From: Deltaproteobacteria bacterium
Lineage (GTDB): Bacteria > Myxococcota > Kuafuiibacteriia > Kuafuiibacteriales > Kuafuiibacteriaceae
DNA length: 64,000 nucleotides
Direction of reading: 5' to 3'
NCBI GenBank assembly: GCA_040218735.1
Contig: JAVJQW010000008.1
Span: 32,001 to 96,000 of the forward strand
A program made the position numbers and the translations under genes. Below, piece after piece: positions 26,529 through 36,973 of this stretch; position 1 is the first letter of the stretch; every line of letters begins with the position of its first letter. The notes below the pieces were generated by a model that saw nothing but the letters and a program-made list of their open reading frames with translations, did no database searches and was not told the origin of the DNA.

Positions 26529-29500
26529 TCAGGGGAGGCACGCGACCGTGTAGGTCACGGTGATCACCGCGCCCGCCGGCGGGACCGCCGCGGCGCTGAA
26601 GATGATCGTGTTCGTCGTGTTGTCGTACTGCCAGTTCTGCTGGCCGCCCGCCGTCGTCATCGGGATCGCGTTGCCGTCGACGGTCACCGCCAACGTCACC
26701 GGGACCGGCGTCGACGACAGCGAGAACTGCCGGCGCAGACCGAACGAGTTCAGACCGATGTTCGACAGCGTCTGACCCCAGTTCGCCGCGCAGATCGACT
26801 CGACGACGCCACCGGTGTTGTTCGCCACGTTGATGTACCGCGGCGCGTACTCCGCGTTGCCACCCGGGCCGTTACACGACGGCGACTGCGTACCGACCAC
26901 CGAGCTCGCCGAGAACATCGCCGTGTTCGAGAAGCCCTTGATGTTGCGGAGGAAGTCCTCGTAGAACGCCTGCGTTCGCGACGACTGGTCGCGCTCGTCG
27001 CTCACGAAGATGACCGCGAGCGCCGCGTCGGTCCGCAAGAAACCCGCGTTCGCCGTGTTGATCAGCGGGTCGGACAGCGCGAGGTACGCCGCCTCCAGGC
27101 CGCGCTCCGTGCCGGAGCCGCTCGTCCCGAGCGACGTGTTCTGCTGGAACACCGTGTTTGCGTTCGGCGTCGACGGCGTGATGATCCGCGTCGACCCGAC
27201 GAAGGTCCCCGCCTCACCGCTCGACGTCACGTCCGTGGTCGTGACCGCGATCTGGTAGTCGATCATCTGCTGCTGCGCGAACGACAGGAACGCGCCGAGG
27301 TTCGAACCGAGGCTCGCCTGCTCCTGAGACATCGAGCAGCTGTTGTCGACAACGAACAGCACGTCGGCGCGCGGCGTCGGGAGCTGCTGGAACGTGTCCG
27401 TCACCGTCGGGTTGATCTGCCCCTCACCCTGCAGCGGCACCGCCGACGGGATCATCGAGTCCGAGTGCGAGATGAACAGCACCCCGGTGTCCGTGCCGAT
27501 GTCGGCCGGGTGGTACCGCAGCTGAATCGTCACCGAGCCACCGGCCGGCAGCTGCGCGGGCGTCGCGAACGGCGTGAGCTCGAACTCCGGCGACGTCGTC
27601 GGGTCGAGGTACACGTTGTTGATCGTGATGACCGAGCTGCCCGTGTTGTAGACCGTCACCGTCCGCACCGGCGAACGACACGTCACCGGCACCACCGCGA
27701 AGTCGATCGACGACGGCACGACGAGCACGTTGCTCTGCTGGCTCCCGCCGCTGACCGGCACCTGCACCGTCGGCTGACTCGGGTCGTCCGCGTCGAACTC
27801 CAGGAGGGTGTTGTGGAAGCCGTAGTCCGTCGGCGCGTAGGAGATCTCGAGCTGGTGCCGCCCACCGGACGCCACCGTGACCTGGCCGCCCTGCGCGCCC
27901 GCGTTCACCGAGAACTCGACCGCACCGCTCAGGCGAATGTTCTGCACGAGGCACGGCATCGCCCCGGCGTTGCGAATCTCGACCGGCAGCGTCGCCGTAC
28001 GACCGCGCTCCACGAGGCCGAACGTCAGCTGCGAAGGCGCGACGTTGATCGAGCACGTCGTCGGCACACCACCGACGCCCATGATCGGCACCGTGAGGTT
28101 CGGCTCGTCGCGATCGTCGGAGATGATCTCGATGTCCGCGCGGTCCGGCCCGGGGTCGATCGGGTTGTACGCGAGCTGCAGCTCCACGGAGCCGCCCGCC
28201 GTGATGGTCGTCGGGAACGCACCCGGCAGCCCGCCGGAGATCGAGATCTCCGACGAGGACGCGTTGATCAGGTTCATCGCGCTCACCGTGAGGGGCGTGT
28301 TGCCGGTGTTCTGGATCGACAGCGTCCGCATCGTGTTGCCCTCGACCGCCACCGTGCCGAAGTTCACGATCGGCGGGAACGCGACCACGTTCGGGCCGTT
28401 CGACGTCGCGGTGAGCGACACGTGACCGGTCGAGTCGCAGACCATCGCGTTCGGATCAGCGCACGCGTTCGTCACGACTTCGATGCGGCCGTTGTCCTCG
28501 CCGGGCGACGTACCGATGTAGCGCACGTCGACCGGGAACTCCTCGTTGGGCGCCAACGTGCGCGGGAGGATCTGCGACGGGATCGCCTCGTACTCCATCG
28601 TCGTCCCGCGCTCGAGCGCGACGCTCATGACCTCGAAGTCGTAGCTACCGATGTTCCGCACCACGAACTGACGTGTGACCGGCACACCCTCTTCCACCGC
28701 GCCGAAGTCGAGCGAAGCGGGGTCGAGCTCGAAGATCGGCTTCACACCCTCGCCGGTCAGCGTGACCGTCTGCTGGCACGTCGGGCAGTAGCTGACGTCC
28801 ATCTGGTTGGTGTGCATCCCCTCCTCGGGGGGCTGGTAGAAGACCTTGATCGTCAGCATCCCGTTGCCGGGGATGCTGCCCATGAAGGGCTGGTCGAACG
28901 GCGTCTCCTGGTTGTCGAGCGTGGTGGTCCCGAAGATCACCGACGTCTGGTTCATCGGCGGGATGGTCACCGGCTGCGCGAACTCGGTGCCGTTCGTCAT
29001 CGTGAGCTGGACTTCCTTGCGCGTGTCGACCGTGACCTGACCGAAGTCGATCGCCGTGGTGGAGAACGACACCTGCGGCGCGATGCCGGTACCGGACAGG
29101 TTCAGCGTCGTCGAGCCGCCCTGCGCGTTGTGCATGATGATCAGCGACGCGTTGAATTCACCCTCCGTCGCCGGCGTGAAGTCGATGCGGAACTCGCGGT
29201 CGCTGCCCTTCTCGACCAACCACGCACCGTTGTCCTCGGCGGGGTTCTCGAACAGCGGCGCGAACGGTGTGCCCTCGGGCTGCACGCGGGACATCTCGGT
29301 GCACGTGGGGAGCGTCGTGCCCTCGATGCAGATGCGCAGCCGATCACTACCGGCGTTCGCGACGCCGACGAAGAGCGTCTTCGTCGCACCGAGCGGCACC
29401 CGCTCGAACGCGACGTCCGTCAGCTCGACACGCATGTCCTCGGGGACCGTCGGATCGTAGAGGCTGATCTGCGGCGCGAGGCGGGTGATGGTGTCGCCAC

Positions 29501-29597
29501 CGCCGCACTCACAACCCGCCACTGCCATGGCGAAGCCCACGCCGAGCGTGAAGGTGAGGTTTCGATAGTTTGCGCGAGCCAGCTGGCGCTTGTTCAT
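26529..29597 (-). CDS. Large surface lipoprotein: tandem choice-of-anchor D/ASH Ig-like domains + C-terminal vWA (CglB-like) domain
   Basis: AVAGC lipobox; about six 'P..(L/I)DFGxV...NxG' repeats; DVLFVVDNSCSM MIDAS motif, VIFVSDE. Confidence 0.85.
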   Translation of the reverse strand: MNKRQLARANYRNLTFTLGVGFAMAVAGCECGGGDTITRLAPQISLYDPTVPEDMRVELTDVAFERVPLGATKTLFVGVANAGSDRLRICIEGTTLPTCTEMSRVQPEGTPFAPLFENPAEDNGAWLVEKGSDREFRIDFTPATEGEFNASLIIMHNAQGGSTTLNLSGTGIAPQVSFSTTAIDFGQVTVDTRKEVQLTMTNGTEFAQPVTIPPMNQTSVIFGTTTLDNQETPFDQPFMGSIPGNGMLTIKVFYQPPEEGMHTNQMDVSYCPTCQQTVTLTGEGVKPIFELDPASLDFGAVEEGVPVTRQFVVRNIGSYDFEVMSVALERGTTMEYEAIPSQILPRTLAPNEEFPVDVRYIGTSPGEDNGRIEVVTNACADPNAMVCDSTGHVSLTATSNGPNVVAFPPIVNFGTVAVEGNTMRTLSIQNTGNTPLTVSAMNLINASSSEISISGGLPGAFPTTITAGGSVELQLAYNPIDPGPDRADIEIISDDRDEPNLTVPIMGVGGVPTTCSINVAPSQLTFGLVERGRTATLPVEIRNAGAMPCLVQNIRLSGAVEFSVNAGAQGGQVTVASGGRHQLEISYAPTDYGFHNTLLEFDADDPSQPTVQVPVSGGSQQSNVLVVPSSIDFAVVPVTCRSPVRTVTVYNTGSSVITINNVYLDPTTSPEFELTPFATPAQLPAGGSVTIQLRYHPADIGTDTGVLFISHSDSMIPSAVPLQGEGQINPTVTDTFQQLPTPRADVLFVVDNSCSMSQEQASLGSNLGAFLSFAQQQMIDYQIAVTTTDVTSSGEAGTFVGSTRIITPSTPNANTVFQQNTSLGTSGSGTERGLEAAYLALSDPLINTANAGFLRTDAALAVIFVSDERDQSSRTQAFYEDFLRNIKGFSNTAMFSASSVVGTQSPSCNGPGGNAEYAPRYINVANNTGGVVESICAANWGQTLSNIGLNSFGLRRQFSLSSTPVPVTLAVTVDGNAIPMTTAGGQQNWQYDNTTNTIIFSAAAVPPAGAVITVTYTVACLP

Positions 29598-29763
29598 CTT
29601 CGTCGTTCCCCAAACCCAGTCCGGCACGAGCGCCCCCTCTGGACGCACGGCCACACCCGATCGCCGTTCAGTGTGGGGTCCGACACACGCCGGGCCCATC
29701 CTACCGCTGACGGATGGGGCAGCCGCCTTTGGTTTCGGGAGGTTGCGAAACGAGACGTCCGTC

Positions 29764-30372
29764 TCACAGAGCCGAAAGCGCGCGCTCGGCGCTGGACCGT
29801 TCGTCGGGGGGCAACCGATCCCCCTCCAGCGCCGCCGCGAGCAGGGTCTTCGCCGGCGCGCGCTCGCCGTCGAACTTGTGCTCCATGCCCCGCAGGTACT
29901 TTGCGAGGGCGGCCGTGGCGGCGTCTTCGTGCTTCGTGAGGCCGTCGAGGATCGCGAGGTGTTGCGCCCGCGCCTTCGTCGCCTCCTTCGCGTTCCCGAT
30001 CTGGACGAACGCGCCGTGCAAGAGCCCTGCGGCCTGCGCCACCATCAGGTTCGGCGGCTGCGCGGAGGCGGCCCGCCGCAGCTCGAACACCGCCTGTTGA
30101 TGTTTGCCCTGCGTGAGCAACACCAACCCGAGCGACGTGCGCGCGAGGTGGCTCCACGTCTTCTGCTTCGCCTTCGCCGCGGCACGCAGGTGCACCTCGG
30201 CGCGGTCGAGCTGCTGCAGGTAGAGCGCCGTCAGCCCCAGCTCGTAACGCGCGCGCGCGCCCTCGGGGGTCTCGGGGAACGCCTCCGCGATCGCCAAACG
30301 TGTGGGGATCGGATCTTGGTTCGCCTTCAGGGCGCGGTCGAGGTCGCGGAGGAGCTCCTGCAGGGACGCCAT
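29764..30372 (-). CDS. TPR-like protein
   Basis: FPETPEGARARYELG and helical repeats; good codon pattern. Confidence 0.7.
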   Translation of the reverse strand: MASLQELLRDLDRALKANQDPIPTRLAIAEAFPETPEGARARYELGLTALYLQQLDRAEVHLRAAAKAKQKTWSHLARTSLGLVLLTQGKHQQAVFELRRAASAQPPNLMVAQAAGLLHGAFVQIGNAKEATKARAQHLAILDGLTKHEDAATAALAKYLRGMEHKFDGERAPAKTLLAAALEGDRLPPDERSSAERALSAL

Positions 30373-30418
30373 GGACGCCGCACTCGACCAAGTTTTCTCA
30401 GCCGGCGCAAGCTCGTGA

Positions 30419-33400
30419 CTACGGGCGCCCGAGGAGCCGTGAGACCGCGAGGCGCAGGTCGTCCACGGCCGTCGCCGCCGTCAGCAGCTCCACCGAGGGA
30501 TCCGGCGCCAACAGATCCGCCGTCTCCGCGCCGCCCACCAGCACGAAGCGCATGTGGGCCGTGTCCGGGTGCGCGCGACACAGTCGCACCAGCGATGCAC
30601 CGTCACGCCCACTCAGCGCGGCGTCGAGGACGGCGCCGACGTAACCGCGGTGCCGCAGCTTCTCCCACGCCGCGTGACCGTCCGCCGCCTCCTCGACGAC
30701 GTAGCCGTCGAACTCCAGCGCGTGGACGAGCGCGTCCGAGCGCACCGCGCCCGCGAGCAACACCCGCTTCGCGTCGGCGCGCGCCGGTGACAGGTCCAAG
30801 GCGCTGATCGTCTCGCGCAGGTGCTCGACGAACGCAGCGACGACGTCGGACCGCACGAACGGGCTGACCGTGTCCCTGAGCGACAACACCGCGCGACGCG
30901 GAGACACCCGCTCGCGATCCTGACGCGGGCGCGTCGCCGCGTAGAACACCTCGACGACGTGCGCGATCTCCGCGGCGACCGGGAGCGCCCCCGGGACGTC
31001 CTCGCCGGACGCCATCTGCTGAATCGCGCGCAGCACCTTCGCGAGCTCGGCCGGCACCACCGCCGCCATACTCTCTTCGAGCGGATCGACACGCAGACGA
31101 TCCGCGAGGTCGCGCATCGCGGCCGCCATCGACGCGAGGACTTCGGTGGGTTCGTCGGTCTTCAGCCGTCGCGCGACCGCGAGCGCCGCATCGGCCGGCG
31201 AGTCACCGTCGCCGTTCGGCTCGAACGGCTGCGTCATGGTCAGCACGCGCGAGCACATCTCGACGTAGGCCGACGCGATCGACTCCACGGACAACCGCGC
31301 CGCCACCGCACGATCACGATCCGTGGTGCCGCCGGGCTCGAGCCCCTGACTGGAGTCCCCCCGCGGGACGATCGAACCGGAGAGCGCCTCCGCGATCTCG
31401 GCGCACGAATCGAAACGCTCCGACGGATCCTTCGCGAGCATCTTCATGCACATCTGCGAGAGGATCGGGTTGACGTGCGGCTCGACCTCCTCGGGCGGCG
31501 CCGGCACGTGCGTCCGGATGGCGCGGACGAGCTCGTCGTCGTCGAGGCCCTTGAACGGACGCGTCCCGACGAGCATCTGGTACAGCAGCATCCCGAGCGC
31601 GAACTGATCCGACGAAGGCCCATACCCGTTGCCGTCGAGGTACTCGGGCGACAGCGCCATCGCGTTGCTCGCGAGCAGCGGGTGGGGGGCGTCGTCGACG
31701 CCGGCGGCGAGCGAGAGATCCAACAGCCGCACACGACCGTCCGGCGCGACGAGGACGTTCGACGGGCGCACATCGCAGTGCACGATGCCGCGCGCGTGCA
31801 GGTGAGCGAGCCCCTCCGCGACCGCGACGAGCACCCGGCGCACCTCGGACTGCGACATCATCGCGGACGTCCTCAGCCGCTGCGCGAGGGTCTCGCCCTC
31901 GGCGACTTCGTAGACCACGAAGTAGACGGACTCGTCGCGCCCCGCGTCGAACAACGTCGGGAGGTTCGGGTGCGAGACGACCGACGCGAGCCGCGCCTCG
32001 CGCTTGAACAGCCGCACCCACTCGGACCGCGGCAGACGCGCGTCGGTCGCGAGCTCCGGGTCGAACGCCTTCACCACCACGTGGCGCCCGACGTTCGGGT
32101 CCTTCGCGTAGAACGTCACCGCCGTAGCGGAGCGCGCGAGGACCTGCTCGACCCGGTAACGCGCGACGCGTTTGCGATCGGCGAGCTCGAACCCCGCGAC
32201 GTCGATCGGCGCGGAGATCGACGGCGACCGCGGCGCCGCCTGCCGCGGCGGCAGATCCCTCGGGGTCGGATCCTCGCGCGTGACCTCCACCCGCGGCGGA
32301 GCTTCACGCTGCTCGCGCTGCTCGCGCTTCTTCGCCTCGATCGCCGCGGCGAGCTCGGGCGGCATGCGTTCGTCGATCGTCGTCGCCGTCTCCAGGTCCG
32401 GCTGCTCGGCCGGCGCCGGCGCGTGCGGGACGTCCGTCGACCACTCGCCCAGCGCCGCCGGCGGCAACGGCTCGGACACCGGCGTGCCCTCGTCGATCGG
32501 GATGTCATCCTCGATGTCCGGCGTCGGCTCCGCGCCCGCGACGCGGGCGATGCCGCTCACCGCGCGAGGCCGCGTCGCGTTCACCGCGCTCTGGGCGCGC
32601 GTCGCGGCGCTCAACATGCGCTGCGCGGCGTCGCGCTCCTCCCGGAACGTGGTCTGCATCAGCAGCGATAGGCTCTCCGGGAACGTCGACGCGTCGCCGG
32701 CGGCGGTCTCGAGGGCGTCGGCCACGACCATCAGCGAGTCGGGGCGCGCGTCGATGCGTGGCGCCATCATCTCTGCGATGAGGTCGCCGATGCTCGCGTC
32801 GACGTCGAGGTTGGTCGAGTTCAGCGGCGGCACGTTGCCGTTCACGATCGCCGTGCGGGTGTCTTCCTCGTTGGCGCGGCGGAAGATGTTGCGCGTCGAG
32901 AAGGCCTCGTACAGCAGCGTGCCGAGGCTGAAGAGATCGGAGCGCGGCGTCGGCTCGGCGCCCTTCACCAGCTCCGGCGCCACGTAGGGGAGGCGCGCGA
33001 GTGTCATCTCCACGACGTGCCGCGCGCGCCCGATCGCGAGGCCGAGCAGCTTCACCTGCCCGTCGTAGGTGAGGAAGATGCTGCGCGGCGAGAGCGCGCC
33101 GTGCACCAACATCGCGTTGGCGCCCGCGAACCACGGGTGCTGGTGGGCCGCGTGGAGCGTCGACGCGATCTGCGCCCCGATCCACGCGATGAGCGGGTGG
33201 TGGATGCGCTGGCCGTCGACGCGCGCGCGCTGCACGAGGAGCGAGAGCGGCTGCCCTTCGAGCAGCGGCATCGCGAGGAAGGCCTCCGGTCCGTCGCGAT
33301 CGATCTCGAGGACCCGCACCGCGTTGTCGTGGGTGAACGCCGTCGCGACCGGCGCGCCCGCGATCAGCGCGCGCGAGAACCGCAGGTCCTCGACGAGGTC

Positions 33401-33529
33401 CGGGCGGAACACCTTCACCGCGAGGCGTTCGGCGCCGTCGGGCTCCTCGCCCTCGTGGGCGTGGAACACGTCGCCGAGGTGTCCCGACCCCAAACGCGAA
33501 AGCAGAGCATAGCGGCCGATCCTCCGCAC
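30419..33529 (-). CDS. Tandem degenerate kinase domains + HD-GYP-like remnant + atypical receiver domain
   Basis: Kinase 1 HGALSPRSI/LLGLAIG; kinase 2 HCDVRPSNV/DLS/SPE; C-terminal GYVVEEAADG...VLDAALSGRDG. Confidence 0.8.
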   Translation of the reverse strand: MRRIGRYALLSRLGSGHLGDVFHAHEGEEPDGAERLAVKVFRPDLVEDLRFSRALIAGAPVATAFTHDNAVRVLEIDRDGPEAFLAMPLLEGQPLSLLVQRARVDGQRIHHPLIAWIGAQIASTLHAAHQHPWFAGANAMLVHGALSPRSIFLTYDGQVKLLGLAIGRARHVVEMTLARLPYVAPELVKGAEPTPRSDLFSLGTLLYEAFSTRNIFRRANEEDTRTAIVNGNVPPLNSTNLDVDASIGDLIAEMMAPRIDARPDSLMVVADALETAAGDASTFPESLSLLMQTTFREERDAAQRMLSAATRAQSAVNATRPRAVSGIARVAGAEPTPDIEDDIPIDEGTPVSEPLPPAALGEWSTDVPHAPAPAEQPDLETATTIDERMPPELAAAIEAKKREQREQREAPPRVEVTREDPTPRDLPPRQAAPRSPSISAPIDVAGFELADRKRVARYRVEQVLARSATAVTFYAKDPNVGRHVVVKAFDPELATDARLPRSEWVRLFKREARLASVVSHPNLPTLFDAGRDESVYFVVYEVAEGETLAQRLRTSAMMSQSEVRRVLVAVAEGLAHLHARGIVHCDVRPSNVLVAPDGRVRLLDLSLAAGVDDAPHPLLASNAMALSPEYLDGNGYGPSSDQFALGMLLYQMLVGTRPFKGLDDDELVRAIRTHVPAPPEEVEPHVNPILSQMCMKMLAKDPSERFDSCAEIAEALSGSIVPRGDSSQGLEPGGTTDRDRAVAARLSVESIASAYVEMCSRVLTMTQPFEPNGDGDSPADAALAVARRLKTDEPTEVLASMAAAMRDLADRLRVDPLEESMAAVVPAELAKVLRAIQQMASGEDVPGALPVAAEIAHVVEVFYAATRPRQDRERVSPRRAVLSLRDTVSPFVRSDVVAAFVEHLRETISALDLSPARADAKRVLLAGAVRSDALVHALEFDGYVVEEAADGHAAWEKLRHRGYVGAVLDAALSGRDGASLVRLCRAHPDTAHMRFVLVGGAETADLLAPDPSVELLTAATAVDDLRLAVSRLLGRP

Positions 33530-33581
33530 GGGTTCGAACGAGCCTAGGACGGCTCCGAACCGGTCGCAAGAACGCGCCGAC

Positions 33582-35705
33582 TCAGCGTCTCAGCTTGGCC
33601 TCGACGGTCTCCTGGACCCACGCGTCGATCTGCGCGCCGCGGCGCTGGTACTGGCGACGGGCGGCGCGCGCTTCGCGTTTGTCGACGCACGCCACCGTCT
33701 TGACCGGCGGAAAGGAGGACACGAGCGTCCGGACGCGGGGCGCCGAAGGGTGCGCCGAAGCCCGATCCAGGAACCCGGCGAGGCACGCCTTCGCCTTCGC
33801 CGTGTCGTGCGCGCGGTTGTGGAGCAGACCGAGGTTCAGATAGAGCGACGGATCCGCCCGACGCCCGCTGGCGCCGAACGCGAGGTGATACATCAGCTTG
33901 GCCGTGTCGGCCTGGCGTTCCTTCTCGAAGCGGCGCGCTGTCTGAAAGTACAGCTGGGCGCGCTGGCGGTTCGACGCCTTGGGCGGCGGTGGCGCCACGG
34001 TCTTCTTCGGCGGCGGCTTCACCGCCTTGCTCGGCGGCGGCGTGACGCCCGTGGCGGGCGGCGCCACCGCGGTGCCGGTCGTGTCGGTGGCGTTGGTGCC
34101 GGTCGCGTTCGTCCCCGTGGCGTTGGTGCCGGTCGCGTTGGTATCGGTGGCGTTGGTATCGGTGGCGTTGGTGCCGGTCGCGTTGGTTCCGGCGGCGTTC
34201 CTCCCCGCCGCATTCGTCCCGGCGGTGTTCGTGCCGGTCGCATCCGTCGGGTTCCCCGTCCGGATCGGCTGGCCGTCTGGTCCGACCCGCGCGGCGACGG
34301 TCGGGAGATCGTCCGGCGGCGTCAGCCGCTCCACGGTCGGCGGCTGCGGCCACAGCGTCACCGCCGCCGCGACCACGGCCGCGAGCACGAACCCCGCGAG
34401 CCCCATCCACAGGAGCGGCGACTTCGCCTTGGCCTGCGGCGGGTCCTCTTCGAGCACCGTCGCGCCGGTCTGCTGCGCCGGCACGTCCGCGTGAAACACG
34501 GGCTTCGGCTCCATGAGCCGCGCGGTGTCGTTGGTGAAGTAGCGATCGGCCTCGGTCTCGCCCGCCTGCGTCGCGAACTCGGAAGCGCCGCGCGTCGCGG
34601 CGGTCGCGCCGGGCGGCACGGCCGACGCCGAGGACGCCGACACCGCGGGGCGATCCGTCTCGGTCGGCGGGTCGTCCGGGAAGCGGAGCTTCTGCGCCGT
34701 GTCGATCTTTCCGACGACGCTGCTGATCTCCGACAGCGCGCTCTTGAGCGCGGTGTCCTCTTCGTCGGAGTTCGGGAAGATGTCCTCGAGGAACTCGATC
34801 AGCCGCTGCCGCGGCGACACGACCTGCAGGTGCCCGAGGTACCGGTCCAACGCGACCTGCACCTCGCGCATCGTCTGGTAGCGCTCGTCGATGTCGCGGT
34901 CGAGGCACTTCGCGACGATGCCCGCGATCTCGTCGTCGAGCGACGGGTTGAACTCCCGCACCGACGGGATCGGCGCCTGCGTCAGGCGACGCACGCGCTC
35001 CTTGAGCGTAGGACCGTCGAACGGGTTTCGACACGTCAGCATCTGGAACAGGCAGATGCCGAACGCGAAGATGTCGCTGCGCCGGTCGATGTCGTCGCCG
35101 AGGATCTGTTCGGGCGACATGTACCCGAGCGTCCCCTTGATCGTGCCGGCCGCCGTCTCCGTCGCGCGATTCATCGCGCGCGCGATCCCGAAGTCGATCA
35201 CCTTCACCGACCCCGTGTAGGTGACACGAATGTTCTTCGGCGAGACGTCGCGGTGGACGAGGTTCAGCGGGTTGCCGTCCACCCCCGCCGCATCGTGTGC
35301 GCAGTGCAGACCGGCCGCCGTCTCGATCGCGATCCACACCGCGACCTCCGGCGGCATCAGGCGCGTCAGCTGAATGCAGCGCTTGATGATCTCGCGGACG
35401 TCGACCCCGCGCAGGTACTCGAGGACGAGGTACAGCTCGTTTTCGCGCGAGACGAGGTCGAGCACCTGGCAGATGTTCGGGTGGGAGAGCCGGGCGGCGA
35501 TGTGCGCCTCGTCGATGAACATCAACCGCGACCGCTGGTCGGCGACCAGGTGGGGGAGCGGCCGCTTCACGACGACCTCACGCGAGAAGTTGTTCTCGCC
35601 GCGCATGATCGCCAGATAGATCGCGGCCGTACCGCCGATCTTCAGCGGCTTCACGATGTGGTATTTCCCGAAGACCAGCTCCGGCGGTTGACTGCGAGCT
35701 TCCAT
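33582..35705 (-). CDS. Transmembrane Ser/Thr protein kinase with repeat linker and C-terminal TPR-like domain
   Basis: VVVKR, HRDVSPKN, DFG, GTLGYMSPE; TM LLWMGLAGFVLAAVVAAAVTLW. Confidence 0.92.
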   Translation of the reverse strand: MEARSQPPELVFGKYHIVKPLKIGGTAAIYLAIMRGENNFSREVVVKRPLPHLVADQRSRLMFIDEAHIAARLSHPNICQVLDLVSRENELYLVLEYLRGVDVREIIKRCIQLTRLMPPEVAVWIAIETAAGLHCAHDAAGVDGNPLNLVHRDVSPKNIRVTYTGSVKVIDFGIARAMNRATETAAGTIKGTLGYMSPEQILGDDIDRRSDIFAFGICLFQMLTCRNPFDGPTLKERVRRLTQAPIPSVREFNPSLDDEIAGIVAKCLDRDIDERYQTMREVQVALDRYLGHLQVVSPRQRLIEFLEDIFPNSDEEDTALKSALSEISSVVGKIDTAQKLRFPDDPPTETDRPAVSASSASAVPPGATAATRGASEFATQAGETEADRYFTNDTARLMEPKPVFHADVPAQQTGATVLEEDPPQAKAKSPLLWMGLAGFVLAAVVAAAVTLWPQPPTVERLTPPDDLPTVAARVGPDGQPIRTGNPTDATGTNTAGTNAAGRNAAGTNATGTNATDTNATDTNATGTNATGTNATGTNATDTTGTAVAPPATGVTPPPSKAVKPPPKKTVAPPPPKASNRQRAQLYFQTARRFEKERQADTAKLMYHLAFGASGRRADPSLYLNLGLLHNRAHDTAKAKACLAGFLDRASAHPSAPRVRTLVSSFPPVKTVACVDKREARAARRQYQRRGAQIDAWVQETVEAKLRR
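34072..34247 (-). repeat. 15-bp tandem repeat encoding TNAT(G/D) pentapeptides
   Basis: Repeated GGT(G/C)GCGTTGGT(GC/AT)C-type units; seven TNAT copies plus degenerate ones. Confidence 0.9.
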
Positions 35706-35741
35706 CCTCGCCGGCGCCCATCATGCTAAGTTGAAGGCGCT

Positions 35742-36902
35742 TTGTCGAAGGTTCGAGGAGGTGCCCCGCGACCGCCGCCGATGCGCCCGGCCCGAGGCAG
35801 CCCCAAGCCCAAAGGGAAGGGGAGCCCCAAAACCAAGGGAAAGAGCCATGGTAAGGCCCGTTCGGCCCCCGGCCTGACCGAGGAGGAGGCCGAGGAGGCG
35901 GCCGGATTCGAGCGCCGTCACGCCGCCGAGATCGAGGAGGAGGGCCGCCGCCATACCTCTGTGGACGCGGACGCCGAGCTACAGCGCCTCCTCGACGAGG
36001 AGGAGGACGACCGTAAGGTCAAAGGCCTCAACTGGGACGACGAGCGCAAGAAACGGGGCCGCCAGTCGGACCAGGACGACGACGACACCGAGGACGGCGA
36101 GGCCGCCGCCGCCGCCGCCGCCGAGGCGAAGAAGCAGGGCTTCGCGACCGACGGGGGCGCGGGCAAGTACTTCCAGGACATGCCGGAGGACCGGATGGGG
36201 GATCTCTCCCTGACGGATCCCAACGAGATGAAGCGCGCGCTCGGACCGTCGGTGCGGTTCGCGCAGCACGCCATGCTCCTCGCCGAGGAGCGCATGAAGG
36301 CCGGAGAAGACCGCGGCGAGGCCCTGGCGCTCCTCGCGTCGCTGTATACCGGCGTCAGCGACACCGCCTACGCGAACAAGGCCCTCAAGGACTTCGGGCA
36401 CGCGACCGGCATCATCGACCTGTACCCCCTCGAGCTGATGGACCACCTCCTCCAGCACGTCCCGGGGTTCTGCACCAAGGTCCGGCACGGGAGCTTCTTC
36501 GCGCCGGTCGACGGGGAGGAGGCCTCCCAACGGCGCGTCGGCCGCGCGGGGGTGCCGCTCACGCTCCGCTACGACCCGACGCTCCGCGTCCGCGGCTTCG
36601 CCATCAAGGGCGGCGCGCGGCCGGGGTACCTGTTCGAGCCGATCGATCCCCCGGGCTCCTACCAGCTCGTGTTCCTCCAGGCCGGGACCTTCGAGGTGCT
36701 CCTGTCCGCGATCTCCAAGGACGGGTGGCTCCTGATCGAGTCCGTCGAGTTCGTCATCGAGGAGAACACCGAAGAGATCGCCGAGCTCACCGGCATCGAA
36801 CGCGAGCGCGACCACGACCACGACCTCGACCGGCCGGACGAGGAGCGCCCCAAGAAGAAGAAGGACGACGACCTCAAGATCCACTTCCCGAAGCGCATCT
36901 GA
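35742..36902 (+). CDS. Hypothetical protein (basic/acidic low-complexity N-terminus)
   Basis: 386-aa ORF with strong GC3 bias, divergent from kinase; TTG start uncertain. Confidence 0.7.
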   Translation: MSKVRGGAPRPPPMRPARGSPKPKGKGSPKTKGKSHGKARSAPGLTEEEAEEAAGFERRHAAEIEEEGRRHTSVDADAELQRLLDEEEDDRKVKGLNWDDERKKRGRQSDQDDDDTEDGEAAAAAAAEAKKQGFATDGGAGKYFQDMPEDRMGDLSLTDPNEMKRALGPSVRFAQHAMLLAEERMKAGEDRGEALALLASLYTGVSDTAYANKALKDFGHATGIIDLYPLELMDHLLQHVPGFCTKVRHGSFFAPVDGEEASQRRVGRAGVPLTLRYDPTLRVRGFAIKGGARPGYLFEPIDPPGSYQLVFLQAGTFEVLLSAISKDGWLLIESVEFVIEENTEEIAELTGIERERDHDHDLDRPDEERPKKKKDDDLKIHFPKRI

Positions 36903-36973
36903 CCGTCTCTGAAAAACGGATCCGACGATCGGGGTATGGTCAGGGGGCCCCGCGGGCGCCCATCCTCGACGCG

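Noticed and set aside
34072-34247. CRISPR-like array
   Set aside because: Contiguous 15-bp in-frame coding repeats with no spacers; no cas genes
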